64,000 nucleotides of DNA from Octopus sinensis. Its lineage: Eukaryota. Shown in pieces: positions 27,317-40,421 of this stretch (positions within the stretch are counted from its first letter, which is position 1; every line of letters starts with the position of its first letter). The notes under the pieces were generated by a model. The model saw nothing but the letters and a program-made list of their open reading frames with translations, made no database searches and was not told where the DNA came from. The stretch is taken from NCBI RefSeq assembly GCF_006345805.1, contig NC_042998.1:179924001-179988000 (forward strand). The letters are read 5' to 3'. The position numbers were made by a program, and so were the translations under genes.

Positions 27317-28379
27317 CATTTAAAGAAGAAATACAGGAAATACCCACATTTCATCAGAACGTGTGAATTTATTAAATGAGATGTTGTGTTAGAATATAGT
27401 GGTCGTATACCGTCAACTCAATGTGACAGTCCCGAACGGGATTTACACCACCGCCATTTAGCCCTAGGAAACATCGACGTCTCCTGTCGGCTTTGGCACA
27501 TTTTCTGTGTCCTTATATTTGCAAGGGGGAGGCAATCCTGTTTTTATTCCTGTTTTTATTCCACTAGTCCATCCGTCCACTTTTTTTCGCCTACTATTCC
27601 TGGGAAGGTCGTGAGAGTAGGAAACCTCAAGCCCCGCTCCCATAGGTCAGAAGTAGTCATCATTACACTTTCTCATGCATGGATTCCCAAGCATGACTAA
27701 ACTGAAACAATGGATATTATCCAACCATCTCCTTCTTGAACCAGCCTTAGGTTCCGTGCCATTTGGCACGATTGAAAGAATTCGTCCTGCTATCTTTCCT
27801 GAGACATTCTAATTGCATGTCCGTAGGTACTATTATTATGAATTTGAATCATAATTCTTATTATTATGAATTTGAATCATACCTATTCTTAGGTACTCTA
27901 TTTATAAAGACTACAGGAGTATTTTGGGAGGGGAGTTCGACTACTCTTTCTAGCAGATCGAGCGGCCTTACAAAGCTTATCTCACAGTCCCCTGTTGATT
28001 TTGCTGATGGTTGTGTTTCTGCTGCCGTTGTAGTTGTTGTTATTGCTGTTATAGTCTTGGTGGCTGTCGCTATTTCTGCAAATGCAGCTGTTGCCTCTGT
28101 TGCTACTTGTATTGATTATCTTGTTTGTATATTGCTTCGCACTTCTGTGTGCATGTGTGGGGGTGTTCATTACATGTGCACGAAATTTTGTGTGCGATAT
28201 CTATCTATCTACCTATCTATCTATCAATCTGTGTGTCTGTCTGTCTATCTATCTATCTATCTATCTATCGAGAACAACCAATAATTTCAAAAGAGCAAGT
28301 AAAACACTTATAGAAAATCAAAAAGAAGTAATGCTGCTGTTGTTGCTGCTGCTGCTGCTGTTGTTGCTATTGTTGTTGT

Positions 28380-28414
<35 letters not shown>

Positions 28415-29623
28415 TACGATGATTCATAAGGAGAGATATGTAGGAGAGAGGATGTATAGATGTGTACATTAGCGCACATCCACAGTATGACTTGTACACT
28501 ATTTCGTCAACTCCCGTAATAAAAAAAAAGTAAAAAATTGTCCTTCGCGGCGATCTAGCTCAGGAACCCGACGAAGGAATGCACAACATTTTGACTGGTG
28601 CTCTACAGACTCTGGTGATAAAAGATATTTTCTGAAACTAAATTTTAACTATAATGATAACCAACATAGACAGAATAGAATGAGTATTTATTTATACTTG
28701 CCAATTTTTATTGAAACTCAGAATTTAAATCCCTTACAAGACATTGTGTCCGGCGACCTATTGATTCTGTTCACTTGGCTTTGTAATTTTGGCACTTAGT
28801 CCCTATTTGATTCGATCAACTTTAATATTTGACTTATGAGTATCCACCAAATTATGAAACTATACCACTTGGCTGTTGGGGACCATTAGCGAAGCCGACT
28901 ATATTGCAATGATTCACTGTAGGTCTTCGATATATAAAAAAAAGGAAAAAAATAATTTAAAAAATAACCCACTTCCTCATTTCTACAATTCCGAAGACCC
29001 TAAAAGGAATCATAGTGTTGATCATTGACAAGCGACAAAACTATTAGAACAGTCAAAAGAAAAAAAAAAAAAAAAAAAAGATGAAGAATGACAAAAAAAT
29101 TCCTCAAGAAACAAGGCAACGTGATCGGGATGTGAATCCGACAGAAAACAGGGATGCAACTAAATACCAAAAGATATTGCACCTACACAACTCCCAACAG
29201 ACTCTCAACAACAACAAATACAACAGCAGCAACAGCGACAACAACAATAACTACGGCGGCAGCAGCAACAACAAGAACAACCCCACGAAAAAGAATCATA
29301 AGTTGCATGATTTTGAAGTTGATTGGTTTAGCTATTTTTAACTTGAGGAGTATCGAATGACGGAAATTCTTCTCGCTTCATTGATGAGGTTCTCAAGTCA
29401 TCCGAATCATTTTGTATCGATAAAGACGTAGTAGCAGTAGTAGTGGTGGTGGCGGTAGTAGTAGTAGTAGTAGTAGCACTAGTTGTAGTATTAGTAGTAG
29501 TAGTAGTAGTCGTAGAGATGGTGGTGGTGGTAGGTCGCAGTACTTATTATTATTACTATTATTATTATTATTATTAGTAGTAGTAGTAATAGTAGAGATG
29601 GTGGTGGTGGTAGGTCGTAGTAC

Positions 29624-29662
<39 letters not shown>

Positions 29663-30189
29663 TTATTAGTAGTAGTAGTAGTAGTAATGGTAGTGGTAGC
29701 AGGTCGCAGTAGTTCTTCAGGAGATTTAGTTGAGGCAGTGGTAGAGAGGGTGGCGATGGTAGGTCGTACTACTTGTAGTAATAGTAGTAGTAGTAGTAGT
29801 AGTGTTAGTTATAGTGTAGTTTCGGCGAAGTTGTTGTTGCTGGTGGTGGTGTTAGTGGTGGTGGCAGTCGTGTAAATAGCAGTAGCGATTGTGGTGGTAC
29901 TTTCTGTGGAATATCGGTTTCGATGAAGTTAAGTGGGTAAGTTACCAATTTCGAACGAGTGTCATCGTATGAGCCGATGTTGGGAGACTGAACATAAGGT
30001 GAAATAGGGCGGGGGAAGAGGAAAGAGAGACGGAGAGAGAGAGAAAGAGAGAGAGAGAGAAAGAGAGAGACGAGCGATAGTGAGAGAGATGAGAAAAAGA
30101 AAGATGTTTTTCTCGGGGAGTTTTTACGCAACGTCGAAATGTCTGTTAAAGTATTAAGTAGATCAAGTATTGAATTATTGTGATCGTTA

Positions 30190-30406
30190 TCGTCGTCGTC
30201 GTCATCATCATCATCATCATCATCATCACTGTCATCATCATCATTATCATCATCATGATCATCATGATCATGATCATGATCATGATCATCACCATCACCA
30301 TCACCATCACCATCAACACTATCATCACCATCATCATCACATCATCATCATCACCATCATCATCACCATCAGCATCAGCATCAGCATCAGCATCATCACC
30401 ATCACT

Positions 30407-30437
<31 letters not shown>

Positions 30438-30505
30438 CCATCATCATCACCATCATCATCCCCATCACCATCATCACCATCAATCACCATCATCATCACC
30501 ACCAC

Positions 30506-30543
<38 letters not shown>

Positions 30544-30554
30544 ATCACCATCAC

Positions 30555-30592
<38 letters not shown>

Positions 30593-30608
30593 CCATCACC
30601 ATCACCAC

Positions 30609-30640
<32 letters not shown>
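30190..30640. repeat. (CAT/CAC)n array, ~450 bp
   Basis: Direct triplet repeats; source of the poly-H/I/S/M/D ORFs. Confidence 0.95.
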
Positions 30641-30641
<1 letters not shown>

Positions 30642-31747
30642 TATTATTGAGTGAGAGAGCAGTGCATGCCATCAAGGTGACACTGGGGTAAAATATGCGA
30701 AGCCGGGTATACACATCATGACTACCCGTCTGATGAGGGTACACTAGGCACATGCATCACAACCATATGTGCGCGACATGGTGATCTCATATCAAGATAA
30801 ACAGCACATGACCTTGCAAGGTGGGGCCCAGTTAGAATTTTCTTCTGGTCGAGTAACCTATCCTGCTCAAAAGGTCTCTGAATAAGGATTGTTTAAGGAT
30901 GTTGAACGAACCACCCATGTTTCCAAAGGTGAATTATCCAAACCTCTAAGAATTCCTTTCAACACATGGTGATGATGCTACCCCACTACTTCTACTCATG
31001 ATTAGAGATGCACATGATCAGAGTCAGCCACTAAGGGACATGCTCAACTGGTTAAGGTCAAACAACTGACAAGCAAATCTGTGGTATTGAGCAGAATATT
31101 TGCTGTAGCCCATCTTTTATACCAAGACAAAACAATGTACATGGTAACACTTCCAATCAGTTAAGATCAGAAGCCATGAGAGCCACTGCCTGGTACTGCA
31201 TCAGGGCATTGGTATTGAGCAGAATATTTGCTGTAGCCCATCTTTTATACCAAGACAAAACAATGTACATGGTAACACTTCCAATCAGTTAAGATCAGAA
31301 GCCATGAGAGCCACTGCCTGGTACTGCATCAGGGCATTGGTATTGAGCAGAATATTTGCTGTAGCCCATCTTTTATACCAAGACAAAACAATGTACATGG
31401 TAACACTTCCAATCAGTTAAGATCAGAAGCCATGAGAGCCACTGCCTGGTACTGCATCAGGGCATTGGTATTGAGCAGAATATTTGCTGTAGCCCATCTT
31501 TTATACCAAGACAAAACAATGTACTGGTAACACTTCCAATCAGTTAATATCAGAAGCCATGAGAGCCCTGCCTGGTACTGCATCAGGGCATTGGTATTGA
31601 GCAGAATATTTGCTGTAGCCCATCTTTTATACCAAGACAAAACAATGTACATGGTAACACTTCCAATCAGTTAAGATCAGAAGCCATGAGAGCCACTGCC
31701 TGGTACTGCATCAGGACATTTACCGCTGTCTGGTACTGCATCAGGGC

Positions 31748-31750
<3 letters not shown>
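30641..31750 (-). mobile_element. Non-coding element embedded in (TAA)n; probable non-autonomous non-LTR retroelement (orientation uncertain)
   Basis: Complex ~45% GC sequence bounded by TTATTATT at 30640-30647 and a long (TTA)n from 31751. No convincing ORF. Only one copy in this window, so mobility is inferred. Confidence 0.45.
31083..31750. repeat. Tandem array, 5 x 128 bp plus a 30-bp partial unit
   Basis: Unit GGTATTGAGCAGAATATTTGC...GGTACTGCATCAGGGCATT starts at 31083, 31211, 31339, 31467 and 31593. Units are nearly identical; unit 4 has two 1-bp deletions. Confidence 0.95.
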
Positions 31751-31797
<47 letters not shown>

Positions 31798-31841
31798 TAT
31801 TATTATTATTATCATAATCATCATTATTATTATTATTATTA

Positions 31842-31901
<60 letters not shown>

Positions 31902-31920
31902 CATAATCATCATTATTATT

Positions 31921-32467
31921 ATCAAGGCAGTTTTCCTTTGCCTGGTCGCTGTGGCGAAAGAGATTGTTTGTTGACAAGGCTGAAAGGCATGAGGACAGAT
32001 ACATCCCTCTTTGATAGAGCTCTCATTGAATTCTTCAAGTTTCACTTGAAAAGGAAATTGAGAGTGGAGAGGGAAACGCTGTCCCCGAGTGAGTTTATTT
32101 AAAAGTGGGTGACAGTTGCGAAAATGACAAAAGTGGATGGTATTGCTCTAAGTGTAGACCTGTGAATCGGAGAGAAGGATTTCTGGAGGGCACTCGCACT
32201 TCGGGTTTCAGAGTAGCCTCGGATAGTTGAATTCCTCGATTATCCCCCAGAGGCCTTCTTGTATCAGGAGGGCCACATCTCTATCATCCTCCCCACCACT
32301 TTTAAACCTTTGTATGATATGCATATATCCCTTCTTTTTCAGTGAATATCGTGTATACTTACTTACTTTCATTTGTTTTTATTATTTCACCATATGTAAA
32401 ACCCCTACTTTATGTCTGACTTTGTATTATCCCCCGCATCCTTCGCCATTGTGACAAATAAATTGAA
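31921..32467 (+). mobile_element. L1/Tx1-like LINE 3' end (ORF2 C-terminus plus 3' UTR) followed by (TTC)n
   Basis: Translates DRALIEFFKFHLKRKLRVERETLSPSEFI*KWVTVAKMTKVDGIALSVDL*, homologous to the peptide at 50870-51015. AATAAA lies ~10 nt before (TTC)n at 32468-32641. Confidence 0.65.
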
Positions 32468-32538
32468 TTCTTCTTCTTCTTCTTCTTCTTCTTCTTCTTC
32501 TTCTTCTTCTTCTTCTTCTTCTTCTTCTTCTTCTTCTT

Positions 32539-32569
<31 letters not shown>

Positions 32570-32640
32570 TTCTTCTTCTTCTTCTTCTTCTTCTTCTTCT
32601 TTTCTTCTTCTTCTTATTCTTCTTCTTCTTCTTCTTCTTC

Positions 32641-32679
<39 letters not shown>

Positions 32680-34515
32680 TATTATTATTATTATTTATTA
32701 TTATTATTATTATTACTTGCCCTTGTAATATGTACTTTTTCCTTGCTCTTGACAGCTGAGATAATTTTGGCTATTTTACAAGTCAAAGTGAATAGAATTT
32801 GTTTTCTTCAAGTTATACAAACAGGTTGTTTTCAAGATTTTGGTTTTATTTCATACAAATATATATATTGTTTTCCCTTAGGAGGTTTTTGTACAAACAT
32901 GACAACTGGTACTCTAATGACAAGATCTTCCTACATCGCAAATATAAACAATGTTGACATTCAACCTCAAAAACTAGAAAGAAAGAGAGAAATTACAAAA
33001 GACAAAAACAAGTTGACTTTAATTAGACGAACGAAAGGAAAAATAATGACCTTTTATCAGGAAACAAAAACGGCATTTTGAACGATACAATAAGCACCAA
33101 CAAATCAACACCAACAACAGCCACAACAAAAACAACAAGGACACGAATAACAACAATTATAGCAATAGGGTTTTGCCAAACGAAAGCGTTAAAAGAATAT
33201 ACGCTGTTGTAGATAAGAGTACTTTTGCTTTCGTAACATGGCAAGTAAAGGCCGTGGAGAGGAGAAAAATTCCTTTCCCCCATGCTTCTCTAAGAAAATA
33301 CGTGGAAAAAAAGGTAGAGAAAACTGTCTCACGGATGGCGCCTCTTTTCTGAACAATATGTCTAACATCAGGGGTAGGTTTTGCTCGCAGGCAAAGCGAG
33401 AGTTTGGGGCACATGGAAAGTTATTTTACCTACTTTTCTCTGAGGAAGCACATGGGAAAATGATAGTCTGGACGAGATGGTACTTCTTTGAACATGTTCA
33501 TTAGCATTCAAGAGATCCTCAGTATACAAAGAGACCCTCAGCTGACATGATGGATCAGCTGTGCAAGAAGGCCCTATCTGACACGTGTAGAGAAACCCCG
33601 TCCATTGACTATGGCAGTGCCCACGGGTCTGTCTGCATGAGTTTTGGGAAGAAAGTACACTTTCCAACTAAGCAAAGATATACACCGCCCATACACTTGT
33701 GTTCCAGTATAAGGGGTCAAAAAAATACAAGGATGACAGTCAAGGGAACCAATAAAAGTATCCTTGGTCTATTGTCATCTTGTTTACGCAGAGGTCACGA
33801 AGCGGGGGTAAAGAAGTGTCAGAATGGACTTACACACACACACCAAACACACGCACACACACACACATGCGTGTGTTTGCGTGTCTGCTTCTTGGGATGG
33901 GCATAGATAGAAACGTAATGAGACAAGCGGCATTCGTGGTTGTAAGAACTGCCCGTGAGGTTTTTACGCTGAGAAGTTGAAAGGACATTGATAAGTAAGG
34001 TATTGCCGACAACAGCAGCTACAACAATAGTTACATGAGGTAACTTTTTAAAATTTACAAGCTCTCGTGATGGTAGAGAACGAGTAACATTGTCTACGGT
34101 CATGGGAATCAGTAGCTAGATACCCCTTGTCTGACCATGATAGCCAGTAGTGAAACCCCAACGTCCTATAAAAAGGAAGAAGAGGAGAACGAACAAACAG
34201 TCAAAGAGGATCCCAAGACCAGAAAATGATCTCGATAAGACAAAAGTAGTCAAACAAAATGTTATCAAAATAACGATGAGGAAAGCATCTGTCTTTTGTA
34301 AGAAGAAATCCATCATCGCTTCGATACGAATGGTCTACAGGTCTTTCATTTTGGTAAGGAATATGCGTGGGGTCGTGGAGAAAATGGGTGCAGACTACGG
34401 GGAACGTGGACGGAATAGGTTTTTAATAAAGTGCTTCTGGAAATTTACACATCCTCCTCTCCCTATCTCTCTCCCTTTTTCTCGTCTCTCTCTCTGTATA
34501 TATATATATATATAT

Positions 34516-34630
<115 letters not shown>

Positions 34631-34667
34631 TATATATATTAGATATATATATATATATATATATATA

Positions 34668-34790
34668 TTGGCCTGCTCGCTTAGCCAGCGGGTTGGCGTC
34701 ATTCGAAGGCTAAAACAATGCGAACGCATTGTGACCAGCGATGTGTAACTACATCTGATGGACTGTCGGTCACGTGATCACGTGATATAT
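34668..34790 (+). mobile_element. 3' fragment of family C SINE
   Basis: TTGGCCTGCTCGCTTAGCCAGCGG...CATTGTGACCAGCG matches the reverse complement of 46852-46975. Confidence 0.8.
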
Positions 34791-35347
34791 ATATATATAT
34801 AAACGACAATTTTACGGACAATTTTGTGGAGAGGTACCTTGACAAAATTTGGAAGAATGAAGGGAACTGATGGGTTGATGTGCTCAGTAACTTGGGATGC
34901 TTTTCAATGAACGCAGGTACAGGGTCCACTTTATCTGGAGGTGGTTTTCCCTAATTATTGATCTATAAGCTGTATGTTGTTTTATTGATCGCGTATCAAT
35001 AATACATATTTTTGTGTTTTGATTTGTGAATTTTCATAAACCTAAACTTGCCCTAGATGTTTCAAAATGTCTTTCACCCCTCCCTTCACTTCTTATATAC
35101 CACGGTTGTACCCACCACATTTTTTTAGCCCCCCACACCACCCCACCCCATTTATACATTCTTGTACGTGTTAAATGTCCCTATTAGTAATATTTATTAT
35201 CATTTACTTTTCACCCTTTTGGGGTGGATAAAGTAAGTACCAGGTAGGCTCTGGGGGCGACGTAATTGACTCGCCTCACCTCCCACTAAATTTCAGACCT
35301 TGTGCATGTAGTAGAAAAAAATATTATTATCATTATTATTATTATTG

Positions 35348-35390
<43 letters not shown>

Positions 35391-37480
35391 GAGGAGGAGG
35401 AGGAGGAGAAGAAGAAGGAGAAGGATGTGGAAGAGGAGATGAGGTAGCAGTAGTAGTAGTAGTAGGAGGAGGACGAGGAAAAGATGATGTAGTAGTAGTA
35501 GTAGCATTAGTAGCATAGTAGAAATAGTTGTAGTACTTGTAGTAGTAGTATTTGACTTTCTAATTCTTTCTCTTCAGCACAGACGCATTCGCTCCTCCGT
35601 ATATATCTGTGCGGGTATTTTTATGTATGTATGTATGTATGTATGTATGTATGTATGTATGTATGTATGTATGTATGTATGTACGTATGTATATGTATGT
35701 ATGTATGTATGCATGTATGTATGTATGTGTGTATGTGTGTATGCATGTATGTATGTATGCATGTATGTATGTATGTGTGTGTATGTATGTATGTAGGTAT
35801 GTATGTATGTATGTATGTGTGTGTATGTATGTATGTATGCATGTATATATTGTGTATGTGTGCATGTATGTATGTATGTATGTATGTATGCATGTATGTG
35901 TGTGTATGTGTGTATGTGTCTATATGCGTATGTATGTATGTTTATGTATGCATGTATGCATGTATGTGTATGTACGTATGTGTCTGTATCTGTGAGTGTG
36001 CATGTGAATGCATACATATTTACATATACATACATCATGCATGCACATATCTATTTACTTATATATTTAGAGAAAGAGATTATGTAAGAAAGCCGAGGAG
36101 TGAGAGAAAGAAAAGAGGGAGAGAAAGCGGAGAGAGAGAGAAAAAGAGAGAGAGTTGTTTGGATGTATAGATCAATGGATTAAGTCATGGATGAATGTAA
36201 TAGCAGATTGACAGACAAATAACTGGCAAACTTCACACATGTACAAACACAAGCACACACCTTAGCCACATGCACACGTATACGTACATGTATTGACAGT
36301 AAACTCAAGTTAGATTCTTAATGTATACAAAACTATCTTGCACTAGTTTATTCGACTTCGGAATTCAGACGTGAATTCATTCCCTTGTATAGCGTCAATT
36401 TTGTTATTCTGGCGGCTAGAGCAATAAGCTCTTTTGTCATTGAGCGATTTCCTACGAGACACAGGAAGAAGTGAGTAGTTAGTTAGCTTGAGATACCAAG
36501 CTTTGAATCTGGTTTTCCGAGTTATATATGCATGCGAAGGTCAGAGATGTCTTTAAAAATAAACAACAGTCTCCCCGAGGCTAGAAAGTCACATATCATG
36601 ATAAAAGTGATATAATTTGATTTTGGAAATTCACAATGTTTAATGTGTGAAGTTTTTGTAGGTTTCTGTTTTCCAGTGAGTTAACGTCTATATGTTTGTC
36701 TATATGAAAGTACGTGTATGTTTAAAAAGAGTGGTAAGATTTGTAGTTTCTGAGAATCATCCTCATGGAAAATATCGATTAGAAATGAAAAGATGTGATG
36801 CAAACAATAAAGAAAAAAAAATAAATAAACAGAACGTGATTGTTCATTTGATTTTATCGCCTAAAGATATAGATCGAGTCAGTTCATGATTTACCAGAAT
36901 TGAACTTAGGCTAACTTTCTCAAACTTTTTCGTTTATTTCTAAAGATGTTTTAATATCTCATAGTTTGGAGCGGTAAATATACATACCTTCGATATTACA
37001 GTGTCTGACTAAATATAGTAATACATTTAGAGGTATCTTTCTACGTTCAAATTATTCTAGAGACTCTGTTTTCTGCTATTCCTCAAGGATTTATGTTAAG
37101 CTCCAATACTACAGTTGGTTAGCATTCTTTAAATACACCCAACGAATGTATTACTTTATGAGTTGTCTCTTGGCAGGTTGATGAAGTAGGTGTGTTGCTT
37201 AAATAATTATGTTGATGAATGCGACTGAAAAATTGGGAAAGTTCGAGAACGATTGTTGTTGGGTAAGAAATTGTTTTGAATTTTTTACGATGAAGGTAAA
37301 AAAATTCTTCGAAATAATTGGTTTGTAATGTTACCACACAGGGTCGGGAAGCAGAAATCAAGCTGGTTTGAATCAAATTGTCAAATCTGAGTGGAAACGC
37401 CCAGGTATATTGAATCATCCAGTCAGTTAAGGCAGACCTGAACAGAATGAGGAAGTAACTAAACAGACTTGATGGTAATG

Positions 37481-37547
<67 letters not shown>

Positions 37548-38375
37548 CATATATATACATACATACATATATATACATATATACATACATACATATATAT
37601 ATCTCTCTCTCTCTCTCACGCTTTCTATACACGCAGACAGGAAGCACACGTTATTCGACAGATAGGCGAGCAAGCCGAAACATCGATGTTACTCTGAATA
37701 TTTTTCCTGTAAAAGCTTAATAAAAATGTACTCTGCGGAAAGTATTGAGAAGCCCTCAGCACTTTCTATAGGGAACGTGTTTTTTAAGCTTTTACGAAGA
37801 AATGATTGACAGTGACTTCGAAATTTCGGTTTGCTTGCATATCTATCTCTCTATTTATGTGTGTGTGTGTGTGTGTACGTACGAGGAGCAAGAATGAGAT
37901 ACTACAAATACATTACACACACGCGCGCACATACACACACAGAAACACATACATACATACACGCGCACACAAACACACACACATAGACACAGACACATAG
38001 ACACAGGCTCATACAAACACAGACAGTCAGACAGACAGAGAGACAGACAGATACACACACACACGTATAAGAATCAAAGGTTCTTCACAAAGCCGGTTTT
38101 CTGGTTTCTGTGGCTTATATATTTCCCACCTGGACGGGACGCCGGTTCATCGCAGGATTACTCAATTTTGACATCTGCGGAAACGAGAGCAACGTGAAAT
38201 GAAGTGTCTTGCTCAAGAACACGATGTATCGTCCGGTTAGGAAACGAAACCAGAATCTTGTTCTCATGAGTACCTTCACAGACGCACACATACATCACGC
38301 ACACACTCACACACATACACACACACACACGCACACGCGCACGCGCGCGCGCAGACACACGCACAAACATACATA

Positions 38376-39585
38376 CACGAGAGTCGTCTGAAAAGTCCAT
38401 AGGCTAACCAAGAAACTCTCATGGAACGTGACTAAATGAGGTTTATTTTTCAACATAGTCCGCTTGCAATCCATAGACCTCTTCCATAATCACTGCAGCG
38501 CTTGGATCCTTTCGGTGAAGAAGCTTCCATCTTGTTCGTCCAAAAGTCATCAACAGCAGATACGACGTCATTATCGCTGCTATACTGGTTCCTAACCAAG
38601 TGTTTTTTTCATGCTGGGGAACAGATGATAGTAAGGTGGGGGCCAAATCAGGAGAATAAGGAGGCTAATCAACCAGGTCAAAACCAGTCACACACAACAA
38701 CCGTTGTGTACTGGAGCATTGAACTGATGAAACAAGACACTTTCGTCAGTTTTCTTGGGCGTTTGGTCTTGATAGTCTTTCATAACTACCTCAGCAAGTT
38801 GACATAACACTTTTCGTTGATGATGTAGCATCCCCCAAAACTGAGGCCATCACCTATCCTGCTAATGAATTAACCTTGTACTTCTTTGGAACAGGTTAGG
38901 AGGGGTGTTTCCGCTGCATGGGTTGTCACTTTATTTCTAGCTGAAAGTGATGAGACCAACACCCATCCTGGTTTAGGAAACGTTCAAGGAAGCCAGCTGG
39001 ATCTGCTTCAAACAATGTCAGATTTCCCGTAATGTGATCAGCCTGGTGCATTTTTGCTCAGGTGTCAGAAAACATGGCGCCCACCGAACAAAAACCTTTG
39101 TTATGAACAGTTCACTGTGCAGAATATTCCCAAATCTCTCACGAGATATGCTAATAGTATTGATTATTTGATTTATAGTCAATTGCCTGTCATCCATTGC
39201 ATTGTGGTGAAGACAGTTGATGCTTTCCTAGGCGGTAGCACTTGCAGGATGTCCAGATATTGAGTCAGCTTCAAGAATCTTCCCTCTTAAATTCAGCTGC
39301 CCACTTTTGCACTGTTGATGAAGCTGGAGCGTCATCCTCTAATGTAGCAACCATGTCAACATTAACATCGTTAAGGGTTAACCCATTTTTTTGCATGTAC
39401 TTGATAACACCGGCCAAAATTTTATTCAGTTTCAAGAGAGGTCGCTACTAGTTACATTAAAGTCTTCTTTGAACATTCAAATATTAGTTTACCTGGAAAA
39501 AAATCAATGCAGTTACTAATAAGAAGTGTCGAAATTATGCACGTAAGATTTCATAGCTCTAGCATCACTCCTTCATATTCAACCG
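38376..39585 (-). mobile_element. Decayed mariner (Tc1/mariner, DD34D-type) transposon with transposase pseudogene at ~38445-39430
   Basis: Minus-strand remnants: GVIKYMQK, DMVATLEDDAPASSTVQKWAAEFKR, VRWAPCFLTPEQK (WVP motif), PPYSPDLAPPYYHLFPSMKKHL (YSPDLAP motif) and DYVEK*. One TIR-like end, CACGAGAGTCGTCTGAAAAGT; the other end is lost in (TA)n. Many stops and frameshifts. Confidence 0.92.
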
Positions 39586-39629
39586 ATGAATATATATATA
39601 TATATTATATATATAATATAATACTATAT

Positions 39630-39663
<34 letters not shown>

Positions 39664-39794
39664 ATTATATATATCTATATATATATATATATATATATGT
39701 AAATATGTATGTATATTTTACATACATACATATATACATATGCATATTTTTACATACATACTACATACATACATACATACATACATAATATACA

Positions 39795-40421
39795 TAAGGA
39801 TAATCCCGAGGACAAAGAAATAAGAACCCACAGAATGGTAGAAGCCATTGCCACTCAGAAGAAAAAGGAATGCTGGTAGAACGTGCCAGTGAAAACCTCA
39901 ATAAAATTTAAGCACAACAGATCTGACATAATGATTTGGGACATAAAAGAGAAACTGTGTACAGTTATGGAAATTAGCTGCCCAGCGGATGTTAACACAA
40001 AGCTGAAGATCAGTGAAAAAGAGAACACCTACGCTGAACTATTAAGAAATCTGCAGTTACTCTATCAAGTTTACAAGTTCAGGTTTATACCTGTAATTAT
40101 TGGGGCCCTGGGATATGTAACACACTGCCTAAATACCAATCTTGAAAAATTAATCTTCTCAAAACTAGACAGGAGAAAGCTAATTCGAAGACTACAAATC
40201 CAGTCCATCTCTAGCACTGTAAAAGTGTATAAAGCTTTCCAGAAGTTTATCATTTAAATATATATGAGCAAAACATACAAATCTGCACACATATGTACAT
40301 ACATACAAACAAAAATACCCTGTTGTAGATGTTGAAATTCCAGTGATGGAACCTTGAATCTACGATAGAAAACAGCTCTTTCTCTATTGGCCAGAAATCT
40401 CGAAATACAACCGAACAATGA
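39795..40421 (+). mobile_element. 5'-truncated non-LTR retrotransposon with a restriction-like endonuclease (R2 superfamily), in (CATA)n
   Basis: ORF 39883-40257 reads KHNRSDIMIWD...CTVMEISCPADVN...SEKENTY...FIPVIIGALG, a PD-(D/E)xK RLE pattern (RPD degenerate). The 3' UTR ends AACAATG followed by (ACAT)n, and (CATA)n also lies upstream. Confidence 0.85.

Noticed and set aside
31083-31750. Regular array as a possible CRISPR
   Set aside because: The units are contiguous identical 128-mers with no unique spacers, in a eukaryotic context with no cas genes.
33170-34450. Coding-like, GC-richer sequence (ORFs at 33238, 33547 and 34150)
   Set aside because: Possibly decayed LINE sequence, but I could not match any motif, so no call is made.
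36343-36451. Minus-strand exon candidate with an LRR-like peptide (RQNNKIDAIQGNEF)
   Set aside because: The acceptor is strong, but the LRR leucines are missing and the frame hits a stop without a donor. A plus-strand exon can be drawn just as easily, so it may be chance.
37342-37404. 63-nt symmetric plus-strand exon candidate (SGSRNQAGLNQIVKSEWKRP)
   Set aside because: Weak polypyrimidine tract and no homology; expected by chance in 64 kb.
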